From Bacteroidota bacterium (GTDB taxonomy: Bacteria > Bacteroidota > Ignavibacteria > UBA10030 > UBA8401): a stretch of DNA of 63,652 nucleotides. The position numbers and the translations under genes are program-made. The notes below the pieces were generated by a model. The model was not told the DNA's origin and did no database searches. It was given only the letters and a program-made list of their open reading frames with translations. The DNA is taken from positions 1 to 63,652 of the forward strand of contig JBMOHT010000004.1 in assembly GCA_049317705.1 (NCBI GenBank), in the 5' to 3' direction. Shown one piece after another: positions 1 to 8,938 of this stretch; position 1 is the first letter of the stretch, and each line of letters starts with the position of its first letter.

Positions 1-245
1 CGCCGTTTTTATGGCGGGAATAATCACGAATGTAGGTCCGGACTCTTTACCCGCCGTGTTTTTTGGCGGGCTGTCCGGACCGCGTTCTCGCCGCGTTCGT
101 AGAAATCTCACACAAAGTCCGCCGAAGGCGGACAAAGACACAAAGACCACAAAGAAGATCCATCCACGAATACCACGCCCGCACCAAAGGTGTCCCTTTG
201 GGACCCGCCGTTTTTATGGCGGGAATAATCACGAATGTAGGTCCG
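1..245. repeat. Perfect 40-nt direct repeat (1-40 = 206-245) in hairpin-rich non-coding DNA
   Basis: cgccgtttttatggcgggaataatcacgaatgtaggtccg occurs twice, 205 nt apart. GC stems lie between the copies: cccgcc-N9-ggcggg 50-70, gtccgcc-gaa-ggcggac 117-133, gtccc-ttt-gggac 192-204. Only low-complexity ORFs overlap. Confidence 0.8.
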
Positions 246-419
246 CACCGTTCTACAAAAAAATCCGCAGCATCACGTATCTCAACGCTTCCTCGATGCC
301 ATGTCTAATATTGGACATGTGTTACCATGTCATCAATCCCCAAAAATCATACTAATTCCTCTTAATTAGAATACTCTAAAATCACCGAGAATTATCCAAA
401 ACATTGGAAATTCACTGAT

Positions 420-435
420 TGGCATAGCAGTTGCT
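420..435 (+). promoter_or_regulatory. Sigma-54 (RpoN) type -24/-12 promoter upstream of small ORF and cheW
   Basis: TGGCATAGCAGTTGCT matches TGGCAC-N5-TTGCW with exact GG-N10-GC spacing. It lies 35 nt upstream of ATG 470. Two more copies of the same pattern are at 34019 and 46114. Confidence 0.6.
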
Positions 436-469
436 AAAAGCACTACAGCGAACCATACCGAGAGACTCT

Positions 470-841
470 ATGCCGAATAATGTATCCGAACAGAACCAGT
501 CATTCAAACAATGTTCACTCTGCAATACAGTGTGGCAGACAAAAGATGACTTTCTCACCGATCCGAATCTAAGACTGAACGGATACCAATTCACATCATT
601 GAAATTCCAGAATTCTTCGCGCGGCGGTGTGTTGTTATTCACCCATACGCTCGAGGAATGCGGCACAACACTCGCCGTCTATGCTCAGATCCTGAAAGAT
701 TCCACAGGCCGAATCCCTGATGGACGAACCGGAGAACAGTCCGTCAAGGTAGAACCAAAAAGAACTCAACACATCAATCGAATAGTCAAGAATATCATAC
801 AGCAGCACACATCATCACATAAGGAGACATGTCATGTCTGA
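470..841 (+). CDS. Hypothetical small Cys-containing protein (CSLC...EC)
   Basis: ATG 470 lies downstream of the sigma-54-like site. The stop overlaps the cheW start by 8 nt. No recognisable family. The TTG 431 start in the ORF track falls inside the promoter motif. Confidence 0.35.
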   Translation: MPNNVSEQNQSFKQCSLCNTVWQTKDDFLTDPNLRLNGYQFTSLKFQNSSRGGVLLFTHTLEECGTTLAVYAQILKDSTGRIPDGRTGEQSVKVEPKRTQHINRIVKNIIQQHTSSHKETCHV

Positions 842-1319
842 AGTAATCACCAAACAGAACAGCGCGGAAGAACTATTGCAACTCGTCAGTTTCAATATCG
901 GGGACGAGGAATTCGGTGTCGATATCCTGAAGGTTCAGGAGATCAACCGCATGGTCGAAGTGACCCGCGTGCCGAATGCGCCCGAATATGTTGACGGCGT
1001 CATCAATCTTCGCGGTAAGGTCATTCCTATTATCGATCTTCGCCGCCGCTTCGGGATGCCGCGCAAAGAGAAGGACAAGAACACGCGCATTATCGTTGTT
1101 GAACTGACCGGTAAAGTGCTCGGATTTGTTGTGGACGCCGTCAGCGAAGTGCTTCGCATTCCGAACAGTGTCACCGAACCGCCGCCATCCATCATTGCCG
1201 GTATCAAAGCAGAATATATCACGGCCATCGGTAAACTTGAGAACCGTCTGCTGATCTTGCTGGACCTGGAACGTGTCTTGTCTGTTGACGAGCATGAAGA
1301 GATGCGTAAAGTAGCATAA
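834..1319 (+). CDS. cheW: CheW coupling protein
   Basis: LQLVSFNIGDEEFGVDILKVQEINRMVEVTRVPNAPEYVDGVINLRGKVIPIIDLRRRFG is a classic CheW-like domain. An AAGGAG RBS precedes the ATG. Confidence 0.95.
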   Translation: MSEVITKQNSAEELLQLVSFNIGDEEFGVDILKVQEINRMVEVTRVPNAPEYVDGVINLRGKVIPIIDLRRRFGMPRKEKDKNTRIIVVELTGKVLGFVVDAVSEVLRIPNSVTEPPPSIIAGIKAEYITAIGKLENRLLILLDLERVLSVDEHEEMRKVA

Positions 1320-1364
1320 ATCACTTTTTTAACCTTCACCTCCCTAAACCAATAGGAGGATCCA

Positions 1365-3089
1365 ATGAAATGGTTCTATAACCTCAAGATCGGCACAAAA
1401 CTGCTCTCCAGTTTTTTGCTCGTCGCTGCCGTAGCCGGTTTTGTTGGCTATTTCGGAATTGTAAAACTGCAGAATGCAGATGAAAGTGATACAATGCTGT
1501 ATGAGAATTACACGGTGCCGCTGAATTATATGTCCGACATCAGTACATATTTTCAGCGTGTTCGAGTGAATACCCGCGACTTACTTTTGGCAACTAATGA
1601 TGCCGAAATGAATGATTATTCGAGCAGGATCGAACAATACCGCGAACAGATCAATAAGCTGGCCGAAAAATACGAAGCAACGATTGTCAGTAACGAGATG
1701 AAAGAAATGTTCTCCGAATTCAAAGCAGCGAGAGTTGAATACGGAAAATACCTCGACCAACTCCAATCCTTAGCCAGAGCCGGCCGCGATAAAGAGGGAT
1801 TTGTTCTTCTGCAAGGCGAGATGAGCAAAGCCTCAAGACGGGAACAGAATATCATTGAAAAGATGGTCGATGCAAAAGTGGTCGCCGCTAAAGATAAATC
1901 AGCCACGAACACAGTAGAAGCAAGTGCTGCAATGTCTGTAATGTACACTGTTGTAGCATTTGCTGTTCTCATCTCAATACTTCTCGGGGTATTCATCGCG
2001 AGGACCATTGTGAATCCCGTGAAGGAAGTGATCACCAATATCCATAATGCCGACTTGAATTCGCGTTTCAATTCAGACCGAGCGGATGAGGTGGGTGATC
2101 TTCAGACCGCATTTGACGGATTCGTGGATCAGATCAAGAACACGCTTGTTCAGGTATCCGAATCATCCGCAGCTGTTGCCAGCGCCAGCACGCAGATCAG
2201 TTCTTCCACGGAAGAACTCGCTGCCGGTGCGCAGGAACAAAGCTCCCAGGCATCCGAAGTTGCAACCGCCGTGGAAGAGATGACCAAGACACTCGGTGAG
2301 ACGAATCAGAATATCCGTAAAGTTGCGGATGGTGCGAAAGAAGCCAAAGAATCAGCTCAAAAGGGAGGCGAAGTGGTCGGCCAGACCATCTCCGGTATGA
2401 AACGGATCGCTGAAGTCGTGAACCAGTCCGCATCGCAGGTGAAGATCCTCGGTGCATCGAGCGATAAGATCGGCGAGATCATCGGCGTTATTGACGATAT
2501 CGCGGACCAGACGAATCTTCTTGCATTGAACGCCGCCATCGAAGCTGCACGTGCCGGCGAACAAGGACGCGGATTCGCTGTCGTAGCAGATGAAGTTCGG
2601 AAACTTGCAGAACGTACATCGAAGGCAACGAAAGAGATCGCCGCAATGATCCGGCAGATCCAGACTGACACGAGTCAAGCTGTTGCCTCGATGGAAAAAG
2701 GGACGCAGGAGGTCGGAAGCGGTATCACGCTTGCTGAACAAGCCGGCACAATGCTGAATGATATCGTCGGCAATGCCCAGTCCGTTGCGGATATGGTCGG
2801 ACAGATCGCCGCCGCCAGCGAACAGCAGTCCAGCGCCAGCGAACAGATCAGCAAGAATGTGGAAGCGATCAGCACGGTCACACAACAGAGCGCAAGCGGC
2901 ACACAGCAGATCGCCCGAACAGCTGAGGACCTGAACCGGTTGACGGAGAACCTGCAGGAGATCCTGAGCAAATTCAATCTCGGCGGGACAGCGGCACCGG
3001 CTCGCCATGATGCATATCAAAAACCAAGAACGACCGTTCAGAAATCGCGGAAAGCGGTGACCGAATACGGACGACTGGTCGAGCATTGA
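1365..3089 (+). CDS. mcp: Methyl-accepting chemotaxis protein 1 (helical periplasmic sensor, HAMP, MCP signalling domain)
   Basis: TM1, about 160-aa helical periplasmic region, TM2, HAMP ([13 protein letters not shown]), signalling hairpin [50 protein letters not shown]. Confidence 0.95.
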   Translation: MKWFYNLKIGTKLLSSFLLVAAVAGFVGYFGIVKLQNADESDTMLYENYTVPLNYMSDISTYFQRVRVNTRDLLLATNDAEMNDYSSRIEQYREQINKLAEKYEATIVSNEMKEMFSEFKAARVEYGKYLDQLQSLARAGRDKEGFVLLQGEMSKASRREQNIIEKMVDAKVVAAKDKSATNTVEASAAMSVMYTVVAFAVLISILLGVFIARTIVNPVKEVITNIHNADLNSRFNSDRADEVGDLQTAFDGFVDQIKNTLVQVSESSAAVASASTQISSSTEELAAGAQEQSSQASEVATAVEEMTKTLGETNQNIRKVADGAKEAKESAQKGGEVVGQTISGMKRIAEVVNQSASQVKILGASSDKIGEIIGVIDDIADQTNLLALNAAIEAARAGEQGRGFAVVADEVRKLAERTSKATKEIAAMIRQIQTDTSQAVASMEKGTQEVGSGITLAEQAGTMLNDIVGNAQSVADMVGQIAAASEQQSSASEQISKNVEAISTVTQQSASGTQQIARTAEDLNRLTENLQEILSKFNLGGTAAPARHDAYQKPRTTVQKSRKAVTEYGRLVEH

Positions 3090-3099
3090 CCGTAATACT

Positions 3100-3140
3100 G
3101 CCCCGATGAGCATTGCTGTTCATCGGGGCGCTTGTTGTAT
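3100..3140 (+). terminator. Rho-independent terminator-like hairpin after MCP1
   Basis: Perfect 10-bp stem gccccgatga/tcatcggggc (3100-3129) followed by the T-rich gcttgttgtatg. Confidence 0.55.
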
Positions 3141-3207
3141 GAATGTGAAATATTGAAATACCCGAACTACTACTTGAGCAGCACTAAAAATATAAAAGAG
3201 GTCAATC

Positions 3208-4932
3208 ATGAAATGGTTCTTGGATCTTAAACTCGGCACAAAACTGATAAGCAGTTTTTCATTGATAGCATTGATCGCGGCATACATCGGATATGAAGGA
3301 TATGTGGCTGCAACAGAAATAAGAGAAAATCAGGATGAGTTATATCTCGGTCGACTTATCCCGATCAGGGATCTTGGATATGCCAATGCATCGCTTCTGA
3401 TCGCCCGTGGTGATGTGAGGAATTTTCTTGCCGCCGTAACTCCGGAGGACCAGCAAAAGTATTTGACCGTTGTCAACAACGAATCAAAAAAGGTCGATGA
3501 ATATATCGAAAAATATTCCAAGGGGAACTTGATGCCTGAGGAAAAAGAACAGCTGAGTTTATTTCATACGAACTGGAAGGAATATACCTCGATCCGTGAC
3601 GAAGCCCTCCAAATGGTGCTCGCCGGGAAAAAACAGGAAGCAGTGAAAATGATCGACGGTAATGCCCGTGCATCGATGACGGCGGCACGCAAGACCCTCC
3701 GTGCATTGATCGACTTCAATGCAGTAGAATCGGACAAACTTGATGTTGCTACCGATGCTCAGGCAGAGAGATCCGTCACGAGCATTTTTGTTCTGTTGGG
3801 TGTTGGAGTGGTCCTGTCGCTTTCGATGGGATTCTTCATTGCAAAAGTGATCGCAGATCCGGTGAAAGAACTTGTCGATAATATCAAGAATGCCGACCTC
3901 AATTCCCGCTTCAACAGCGAACGTAAAGACGAGATCGGGGGCCTGCAGACGGCATTCGACGGTTTCGTTGAACAGATCAAACAGACGCTCGTTCAGGTCT
4001 CCGAATCGTCCGCGGCAGTGGCAAGTGCCAGTACGCAGATCAGTTCATCCACCGAACAGCTTGCTGCCGGCGCACAGGAACAGAGTTCCCAGTCTGCCGA
4101 AGTGGCCGGTGCTGTGGAAGAGATGACAAAAACGATCATTGAGAATTCCCGTAATGCGAGCGATACAGCTGAGACCGCAAAGAAAGCAAAAACGACAGCG
4201 CAAAAAGGGGGAGATGTTGTCCGTCAGACGGTTGTTGGAATGAAGGATATCGCTGTTGTCGTCAACAAATCCGCACAGACCGTGAGAGCGCTCGGTAAAT
4301 CAAGCGATCAGATCGGCGAGATCATCAGTGTGATCGACGATATCGCGGACCAGACGAATCTTCTTGCGTTGAACGCCGCCATCGAAGCAGCACGAGCCGG
4401 TGAACAGGGCCGTGGATTCGCCGTGGTAGCCGATGAAGTGCGCAAACTCGCTGAACGAACAACAAAAGCCACAAAAGAGATCGCATCGATGATCAAACAG
4501 ATCCAGGTCGATACGAAGGATGCCGTCTTCTCGATGGATGAAGGGACAAAGAAAGTGAATGACGGTATTCGGCTCGCGGATGAAGCGGGTGAATCTCTGA
4601 AAGAGATCATCGAGATCAGCCAGGTAGTGACCGACAAGATATCCCAGATCGCGGCAGCAAGCGAACAGCAGTCCAGCGCCAGCGAACAGATCAGCAAGAA
4701 TGTGGAAGCGATCAGCACCGTTACCCAGGAAAGCGCAAGCGGCACACAGCAGATCGCTCGCACGGCGGAAGATCTAAACCGGCTGACGGAGAATCTGCAG
4801 ACACTTCTGAACAAGTTCAATCTTGAAGGGACGAAGCAGACGGAGCATCACGATGCGTATAAGAGACCAAAATATACGGCGCAACGATCCCGCAAAGCCG
4901 TGACGGAACACGGACAGCTCGTGGAACATTGA
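3208..4932 (+). CDS. mcp: Methyl-accepting chemotaxis protein 2 (helical periplasmic sensor)
   Basis: Same architecture as MCP1 with a divergent sensor. The cytoplasmic half is nearly identical to MCP1 and MCP4, including a 59-nt identical DNA run. Confidence 0.95.
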   Translation: MKWFLDLKLGTKLISSFSLIALIAAYIGYEGYVAATEIRENQDELYLGRLIPIRDLGYANASLLIARGDVRNFLAAVTPEDQQKYLTVVNNESKKVDEYIEKYSKGNLMPEEKEQLSLFHTNWKEYTSIRDEALQMVLAGKKQEAVKMIDGNARASMTAARKTLRALIDFNAVESDKLDVATDAQAERSVTSIFVLLGVGVVLSLSMGFFIAKVIADPVKELVDNIKNADLNSRFNSERKDEIGGLQTAFDGFVEQIKQTLVQVSESSAAVASASTQISSSTEQLAAGAQEQSSQSAEVAGAVEEMTKTIIENSRNASDTAETAKKAKTTAQKGGDVVRQTVVGMKDIAVVVNKSAQTVRALGKSSDQIGEIISVIDDIADQTNLLALNAAIEAARAGEQGRGFAVVADEVRKLAERTTKATKEIASMIKQIQVDTKDAVFSMDEGTKKVNDGIRLADEAGESLKEIIEISQVVTDKISQIAAASEQQSSASEQISKNVEAISTVTQESASGTQQIARTAEDLNRLTENLQTLLNKFNLEGTKQTEHHDAYKRPKYTAQRSRKAVTEHGQLVEH

Positions 4933-4993
4933 CCGAATGGAACAAGTGTATCAAGGATAGATGCATTCACTATAATCAATCAAGGAGGATGAT

Positions 4994-5530
4994 ATGAAGA
5001 AAACAATCTACGTAGTATTGATGCTCTGCACGGTACTTCCAATCATGCTGACGGCTCAGAACAAAGCAACGTTCGGTCAGGTATTGGGTGTGATCAAAAA
5101 ATTGAAGACCGATCTCGCGGTCGTCGGAGTGATGAGCTCCACGCTCAGTTCAAAAGATATCGAGAGTATGACCCGCGCTGCCATGCAGCAAGGAGTGAAA
5201 CTATACGTTACAGAACCGAAGGACGTTCGTGAGGTCTCCGCATTGTACAAAGCGCTGGTGAACGACAAGAAGGCCCAGTTGATCATCATTCCGGACAATG
5301 CCGATAAGACCATGACCGGAATGGGATTCGAATTCATCAAAGAGAATGCCACCATCGACCGCATCGGTATTTGCGCTCCCGATCCTTCCATGATCTCACA
5401 GGGGGCAATGTGCAGTATCGTGAAAGAGAATGAGAAGATCGTTGTCTATATCAATCAAAAGGTGCTGGCATTTGTCAATGCAAAGATGCCCGCAGAAGAG
5501 ATCACCTCCATCAGCTTCGTCTTGAAATAA
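4994..5530 (+). CDS. Secreted/periplasmic 178-aa protein of unknown family, paired with MCP3
   Basis: Signal peptide MKKTIYVVLMLCTVLPIMLTAQ and an AAGGAGG RBS. The stop lies 11 nt before the MCP3 start. Confidence 0.6.
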   Translation: MKKTIYVVLMLCTVLPIMLTAQNKATFGQVLGVIKKLKTDLAVVGVMSSTLSSKDIESMTRAAMQQGVKLYVTEPKDVREVSALYKALVNDKKAQLIIIPDNADKTMTGMGFEFIKENATIDRIGICAPDPSMISQGAMCSIVKENEKIVVYINQKVLAFVNAKMPAEEITSISFVLK

Positions 5531-5541
5531 GGAACTGAATC

Positions 5542-7161
5542 ATGAAGATAGAAACGAAGATCCAGATACCCATTTTTATTTTCTCCGTCCTTCTCGCACT
5601 CGTGCTGAGCGTTCTCTATATGGAATTCCTCGGCAGTGTCGTCTTCGATCAGTTCTCGAAGAACGGATCATCCGTTGCTTCATCTCTGGGGATCTCAGGC
5701 AGGCTCAGTGTGATGATGAGGGATTCTGCGCAGCTCAATACCATCAGCGAATCGGCATTCTCCGATGAGAACGTCCGGTTCGTGTCGTATTATGACGACA
5801 AAGGAGAATGGATCACCACGCGCGGGAATGATGATCATATCGTGATCCCCAAAGAATTGCTGCGGACACAGAAACCGGTAACACAGGAAACGGAGACCGA
5901 GAAACTTGGGACAGTGGAAATGTTTGCCGTTCCGGTATTCGCCCGGGCAGGAGAAACATCGACCATCGGAACGGTTGTACTTGCGATATCAAAAGAGCAG
6001 CTCCATGAGAACCGCAATAACGCTGTTATGCTGGCGATCGGTTCGACAGTGATCCTGCTCGTTCTGGTGTTGGTCAGTTTCCGGTTCATCCTCCGTCAAA
6101 TGATCATTCAGCCGGTCAATCAGGTGATCGAATCCATCAATACAGCGGACCTCAACTCGCAGTTCAACTCCGTCCGCAAAGATGAAGTTGGCGATCTTCA
6201 GCGCTCATTCGATGGATTCGTCACAAATATCAAGAACACCCTCCTTCAGGTCTCTGAAGCATCCTCTGCGGTGGCAAGCGCCAGCGTAGAGATCAGCTCT
6301 TCGGCTGAGGAACTTTCCTCGGGCGCCAGCGAACAGAGTGCGCAGTCAGCCGAAGCATCCACGGCGGTAGGCGAAATGGCCGGCAGCATTTCAGAGAATA
6401 CCCGGAATGCAAAAGAGACGCTCGAAACGGCACATCAGGCGAAACAGACTGCGGAACAAGGCGGTATCGTCGTTCAACGGACCGTCGACAGCATGAAGAA
6501 TATCGCTCTGGTCGTGAATCGGTCCGCTGAAACGGTGAAGACACTCGGAAAATCGAGCGACCAGATCGGCGAGATCGTCAGCGTGATCAACGACATCGCC
6601 GATCAGACGAATCTGCTTGCATTGAACGCTGCCATCGAAGCGGCACGCGCCGGTGAACAAGGACGCGGTTTCGCCGTTGTGGCCGACGAAGTGAGGAAAC
6701 TTGCCGAACGGACAACGAAAGCGACCAAAGAGATCGCATCGATGATCAAACAGATCCAGTCCGATACCAAAGAAGCGGTCATGTCCATGGATGAAGGGAC
6801 CAAGAAGGTCTCCGACGGTATTCAGCTCGCAGACCATGCCGGCGACTCACTGCTGGAGATCATGAAGATCAGCCAGATCGTGACTGAAAAAGTGACACAG
6901 ATCTCAGCGGCGAGCGAACATCAGTCCCACGCCAGCGCGATGATCAGCAACAGCGTCGATAAGATCAACGCCGTCACTCATCAGAATGTTGAGGGGACGA
7001 GGATGATCGCACAATCGGTGGAAGCATTGAATCATCTCACGGATAATCTGCAGTTGCTGCTCGGGAAGTTCAAACTCGGCAATGCCCGGCAGTCAGGCTC
7101 GGATCATCATGAACGTTCACGAAAAGCCGTGTCGGAACATGGGCATTTGGTGGACCATTGA
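5542..7161 (+). CDS. mcp: Methyl-accepting chemotaxis protein 3 (about 150-aa periplasmic sensor of unassigned fold)
   Basis: TM1, periplasmic region, TM2, HAMP ([13 protein letters not shown]), conserved signalling hairpin, C-terminal [14 protein letters not shown] tail. Confidence 0.93.
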   Translation: MKIETKIQIPIFIFSVLLALVLSVLYMEFLGSVVFDQFSKNGSSVASSLGISGRLSVMMRDSAQLNTISESAFSDENVRFVSYYDDKGEWITTRGNDDHIVIPKELLRTQKPVTQETETEKLGTVEMFAVPVFARAGETSTIGTVVLAISKEQLHENRNNAVMLAIGSTVILLVLVLVSFRFILRQMIIQPVNQVIESINTADLNSQFNSVRKDEVGDLQRSFDGFVTNIKNTLLQVSEASSAVASASVEISSSAEELSSGASEQSAQSAEASTAVGEMAGSISENTRNAKETLETAHQAKQTAEQGGIVVQRTVDSMKNIALVVNRSAETVKTLGKSSDQIGEIVSVINDIADQTNLLALNAAIEAARAGEQGRGFAVVADEVRKLAERTTKATKEIASMIKQIQSDTKEAVMSMDEGTKKVSDGIQLADHAGDSLLEIMKISQIVTEKVTQISAASEHQSHASAMISNSVDKINAVTHQNVEGTRMIAQSVEALNHLTDNLQLLLGKFKLGNARQSGSDHHERSRKAVSEHGHLVDH

Positions 7162-7253
7162 ACATAGTAATTTTCCGATGACCGTTGAAGGTCGTCGGGA
7201 TACGTATCCGATCACATAGAAAATATTTACCATTAGACGCAAAGGATTTCGCC

Positions 7254-8876
7254 ATGAAACAGACCATACTTTTTCTTCTGATGATATCCGCACTTCTTCC
7301 GTCATCGTCACCGGCTCAGAATTTCAATAAAGTGATCGAGATCGTCGGCGGATTGGAAGAGTCCATGAAAGGACTCATCGCCAAAGAAGAGCGGACACGT
7401 ACGCAGGAGATCGCAGCGATCCGTTCCGACATCACATCGCTGAAGACGGCACTCTTCAAAGAGGATACCGTGAACAGCAAACATCTGCTCATCGCATCCG
7501 CTGATGCACAGAGCGTTCTTGACCGTCTTGAAGTGCTTGAGAACCGACCGGCTCCGCAGGGAGCATCACCCGAAATGAATTCACTTGCTGGACAGTTGGA
7601 TCAGCTGGTCGATGAATTGAAAAAGGTCGTTGACGAGGGAAAAGCGCTGCAGCAGAAACAGCTCACCGTTCCTCCACAGTTATATACGATCAACGGACAG
7701 GTCCGTCACCGCGGTGAAGTTGACGGACGCACGTTCGCTCCCGAGGCCCGCGCGATCGGTTACAACCTTCTCCGTTCACGGTTCACCGTTTCCATTGCTC
7801 CTGCTGCGGATACGAAGATCATGTTCCAACTGCAGGATTCGCGTGTGTTCGGTGCAGGGAATCCGGCACTGAACCGCGGCGTGCAGGACGGTATGTCGAA
7901 ATCCATCGATTTCCATCAGGCATATTTCGCACTCACCAATGTCTTCTCGCTGCCGATGAGTGTGAAACTCGGCAGACAGGAACTTGCATACGGGAAACAG
8001 CGGTTGATCGCTTCCGCGGGATGGAATAATTTTGGCAATACATTCGACGCGCTCTCTGCACAATACAATGCAGGTCCGGCGACCTTTGATGCATTCTTCG
8101 CAAAACTCGTCGGAAGCCAGACAAGCGTCTATTCCGAGAATATCACCGGATTGTATTCCCTGGTAAAATACAGCGATGCTCATACTGCCGATGCGTTCGT
8201 CTTCTATGATAATAATACCACACCGCTGTTAAAAGGGACCGACAAAGGAAAAGCGCGTCTCGGCAGGTATTCCACCGGTATCACCCTGATGGGAAAACCA
8301 AAACCGTTCGATTACGAAGCGGAGTTGATCCTTCAGCGCGGTTCGTATGCGGTCACGGACAGTTCTTCCGTCTCATCGATCTCCGCATATCTCTACTCGG
8401 TCTCAGCGGGATATCTGATCGATGCTAACAGCAAACTGCGTGTCGGTGTGAAATTCCAGGTAATGTCCGGCGACGATAATCAGAAGGTCGGGAAGTATTC
8501 GAGCTATAATACACTCTTCTCATCCGCTCATTCATTCTTCGGATATATGGATTTCTTCCCGAAGTCATCCCCGGAATACGGTGTTCGCGCTTATTCCGTC
8601 CATTCAGGCATGGAACTGTCGCCGGAACTTTCATGGAACGCCGATATGTACTATTACCTGTATGACGCGGTGCCGACATTGAAAACGTCATCCGGCGCGA
8701 TCGTGAAGGACCAGTCGCTCGGTTACGAGGCGGACCTTACGATGGCCTATAAATACTCCAGTATGGTAACGATCAATTACGGCGGCAGTGCGTTCATTCC
8801 TGAAACAGCGATGATCGCGTTGAAAGGTCCCGCAGTTTCCTATTGGGGATTTGTAATGACAACGATCAATTTTTGA
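7254..8876 (+). CDS. Outer-membrane beta-barrel porin, alginate-export (AlgE-like) family candidate, with N-terminal coiled coil
   Basis: ATG 7254 gives the signal peptide MKQTILFLLMISALLPSSSPAQ. GRQELAYGKQRLIASAGWNNFGNTFDAL resembles the alginate-export signature. The C-terminal ...TTINF is an aromatic terminus typical of OM barrels. Confidence 0.6.
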   Translation: MKQTILFLLMISALLPSSSPAQNFNKVIEIVGGLEESMKGLIAKEERTRTQEIAAIRSDITSLKTALFKEDTVNSKHLLIASADAQSVLDRLEVLENRPAPQGASPEMNSLAGQLDQLVDELKKVVDEGKALQQKQLTVPPQLYTINGQVRHRGEVDGRTFAPEARAIGYNLLRSRFTVSIAPAADTKIMFQLQDSRVFGAGNPALNRGVQDGMSKSIDFHQAYFALTNVFSLPMSVKLGRQELAYGKQRLIASAGWNNFGNTFDALSAQYNAGPATFDAFFAKLVGSQTSVYSENITGLYSLVKYSDAHTADAFVFYDNNTTPLLKGTDKGKARLGRYSTGITLMGKPKPFDYEAELILQRGSYAVTDSSSVSSISAYLYSVSAGYLIDANSKLRVGVKFQVMSGDDNQKVGKYSSYNTLFSSAHSFFGYMDFFPKSSPEYGVRAYSVHSGMELSPELSWNADMYYYLYDAVPTLKTSSGAIVKDQSLGYEADLTMAYKYSSMVTINYGGSAFIPETAMIALKGPAVSYWGFVMTTINF

Positions 8877-8938
8877 TCAGTAGGAACAGTCAATAATAGT
8901 TCCTTATAAAGTTTCATCCGGCAGACTTTGAGAATGTT

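Noticed and set aside
1-245. Possible CRISPR array
   Set aside because: There are only two repeat copies, with a 165-nt interval that itself contains related hairpins. No cas genes are present and no regular spacing is seen.
11-355. ORFs 11-355 (+), 63-308 (+) and 47-232 (-) at the window start
   Set aside because: They run through the 40-nt direct repeats and GC hairpins and translate to low-complexity Arg/Pro/Lys-rich strings. The duplicated peptide MAGIITNVGP simply mirrors the DNA repeat. There is no RBS and no recognisable domain.
5466-5482. TGGCATTTGTCAATGCA near the end of the 178-aa ORF as a sigma-54 promoter for MCP3
   Set aside because: The GG to GC spacing is one nucleotide too long, and the site is inside a coding region.
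7185-7253. Upstream-extended starts given by the ORF track (7185 TTG, 15224 GTG, 16273, 33577, 34148, 38309, 55096, 57782, 62534)
   Set aside because: Downstream ATGs give proper signal peptides or family-typical N-termini, have better RBS spacing and avoid long overlaps with the preceding gene. Two of the track's other TTG-extended starts (431 and 34018) fall inside sigma-54 motifs.
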